A DNA stretch of 32,000 nucleotides, taken from NCBI GenBank assembly GCA_003194425.1, contig PQXB01000001.1:190444-222443 (forward strand). Direction: 5' to 3'. Positions 30,797 through 32,000 of the stretch are shown one piece after another. Numbering within the stretch: position 1 is the stretch's first letter; each line of letters starts with the position of its first letter. The notes beneath the pieces were generated by a model that searched no databases, had not been told where the DNA came from, and saw only the letters and a list, made by a program, of their open reading frames with translations. The stretch is from Candidatus Methanophagaceae archaeon. GTDB lineage: Archaea; Halobacteriota; Syntropharchaeia; Alkanophagales; Methanospirareceae. Made by a program: the position numbers and the translations under genes.

Positions 30797-32000
30797 TTAA
30801 TACGACCTTGCGATGTACACCCTCTTCCCGCCTCTCGCGCAAATTACGCATTTTCCTTCGCTTCCTCCCTTGCCCTCTCGTCCGCCTTCTTCTCTTTCTC
30901 CGCCTTCCCCACTTTCTCCGCTTTTCCCCTCCGCCACTGCTCCTCTTTCTCCTCCTTCCCTGTTTTCCGCCACTGCCTCTCCCAACACACTCACTCCAAG
31001 CCGCTCCTCCACTTCCCGCCCGCACCGTTCTTGCCCGCAGAGGAACACGGAGGAAAAGCCGCGGAAAGCCGTTTTTGCTCGCTCGTGAATTTGGTCTTGG
31101 ATCTCGCTCAGCGCCCTCTTCACCTCCGAGACCACCTCGGCGAGTGGGACTTGTGTCCTCGAGAAGTCGTGCCTGCAGACGAGTTCGCAGCTCTTCGCCC
31201 TCAAATCCCGCGGACCGACCTCAACCCGCAACGGCACGCCCTTCAACTCCCACTTGAAATACTTCGCCCCCGGCCTCTCGTCCGAGTCGTCCAAAAGAAC
31301 CCGCACACCCGCCTCTTTCAACTCTTTGACCACACCAACGCCCGCCTGCAACACTTCTTCTGCACCCCCTTCTGCACCCCCTTCTGTACCGCTTCGCCCC
31401 CGCGAGTACAAAATCGGCACGACAACAACCTGCACGGGCGCGACCTCGGGAGGCAGCACCAGACCCCGCTCGTCGCCGTGCACCGAAATCACCGCGGCGA
31501 CGCACCGCTCTGAAATGCCGTAGCAGGTCTGGTTAACGAACTTCAGCGAGCCGTCTCGGTCCTCGAATTTTATCTCAAAAGTCCTCGCAAAACTCTCACC
31601 GAGCAGGTGAATTGTCGCAACCTGCAACGCCCGCCCGTCAGGCAGCAGCGTGTCAAACGCGAGGGTGTAGTCCGCCCCCGGGAACTTGTCCCACTCCGGC
31701 CGCCGCGTTACCAAGTAGGGAACTGCGAGTCGGTCGAAGAATTCTTTGTAAAGTGTGACCGCTTTCTTCACCTGCTCCTCCGCCTCGGCTCGGCTTGCGT
31801 GCACGGTGTGCGCCTCTTTGAACGAGGTGATTTCACGCAGCCGAATTAGCGGTCGCGTGTGCTTCGTCTCGTACCTGAAAGTGTTCACGATTTGGTAAAT
31901 CCGGAGCGGCAAGTCCCGGTGCGACCGAATCCAGACCTTAAACACAGGGTAAATCGCGGTCTCCGAAGTGGGGCGGAGTGCGAGAGGGACCTCCAACTCC
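30797..32000 (-). CDS. proS: Prolyl-tRNA synthetase (archaeal/eukaryal type). The C-terminal roughly 400 codons are present and the N-terminus lies beyond the window end.
   Basis: ALRPTSETAIYPVF, NTFRYETKHTRPLIRLREI (motif 2) and QTCYGISERC are present. The C-terminal Zn domain is CGQERC...CVIC and the protein ends ARSY. The reading frame stays open to position 32000. Confidence 0.9.
   Translation of the reverse strand, partial: ELEVPLALRPTSETAIYPVFKVWIRSHRDLPLRIYQIVNTFRYETKHTRPLIRLREITSFKEAHTVHASRAEAEEQVKKAVTLYKEFFDRLAVPYLVTRRPEWDKFPGADYTLAFDTLLPDGRALQVATIHLLGESFARTFEIKFEDRDGSLKFVNQTCYGISERCVAAVISVHGDERGLVLPPEVAPVQVVVVPILYSRGRSGTEGGAEGGAEEVLQAGVGVVKELKEAGVRVLLDDSDERPGAKYFKWELKGVPLRVEVGPRDLRAKSCELVCRHDFSRTQVPLAEVVSEVKRALSEIQDQIHERAKTAFRGFSSVFLCGQERCGREVEERLGVSVLGEAVAENREGGERGAVAEGKSGESGEGGEREEGGREGKGGSEGKCVICARGGKRVYIARSY

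Overview
This is an archaeal chromosomal segment. Archaeal markers present are PCNA, aIF-1A, Rio1 kinase, a KH/Dim2-like protein, CDP-archaeol synthase, archaeal-type ProRS and an AcnX/DUF521 protein. Proteins are E/K/R-rich and the gene set fits an anaerobe, probably thermophilic. I saw no rRNA, tRNA or CRISPR array. Most of the window is housekeeping. (1) 6070-11610 is a nine-gene, single-strand O2/ROS-detoxification cluster: NifB-type radical SAM, small siroheme sulfite-reductase-like protein, FprA, rubredoxin, flavodoxin, Gly/Arg-rich zinc ribbon, ferritin, peroxiredoxin and superoxide reductase. (2) 12067-19378 carries PCNA, NadE, GlnA, GDH, HisF and CarS. (3) 19538-22683 carries two overlapping MrpD-like antiporter subunits with no other Mrp subunits. 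(4) 22795-24474 is a conserved-unknown GTPase/DUF2073/Zn-ribbon operon. (5) 24651-27251 is an aIF-1A/Rio1/KH/Pcm operon. There are three accessory-looking parts. (a) A 1.84-kb AT-rich island at 27244-29099 is bracketed by a perfect 14-bp direct repeat. It carries an N-terminal DNA-methyltransferase relic plus two nuclease-like genes, a wHTH + PD-(D/E)xK-like protein and a D-x15-EQK protein. This methylase-less two-gene module is my best candidate for an undescribed defence system. (b) 2121-5553 is a cell-surface module: an EpsI-like protein, a beta-helix protein with an archaeosortase-type C-terminal signal and about eleven near-identical 69-bp repeats, and a short flippase-like protein. It is flanked by a decayed XerA-like integrase relic at 5575-5968. 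(c) gdhA is a low-GC compositional outlier. One quirk runs through the whole window. Short perfect tandem duplications of 12-30 bp, always multiples of 3, are inserted in-frame into conserved housekeeping genes. Similar purine-rich repeat arrays fill many 5' leaders.
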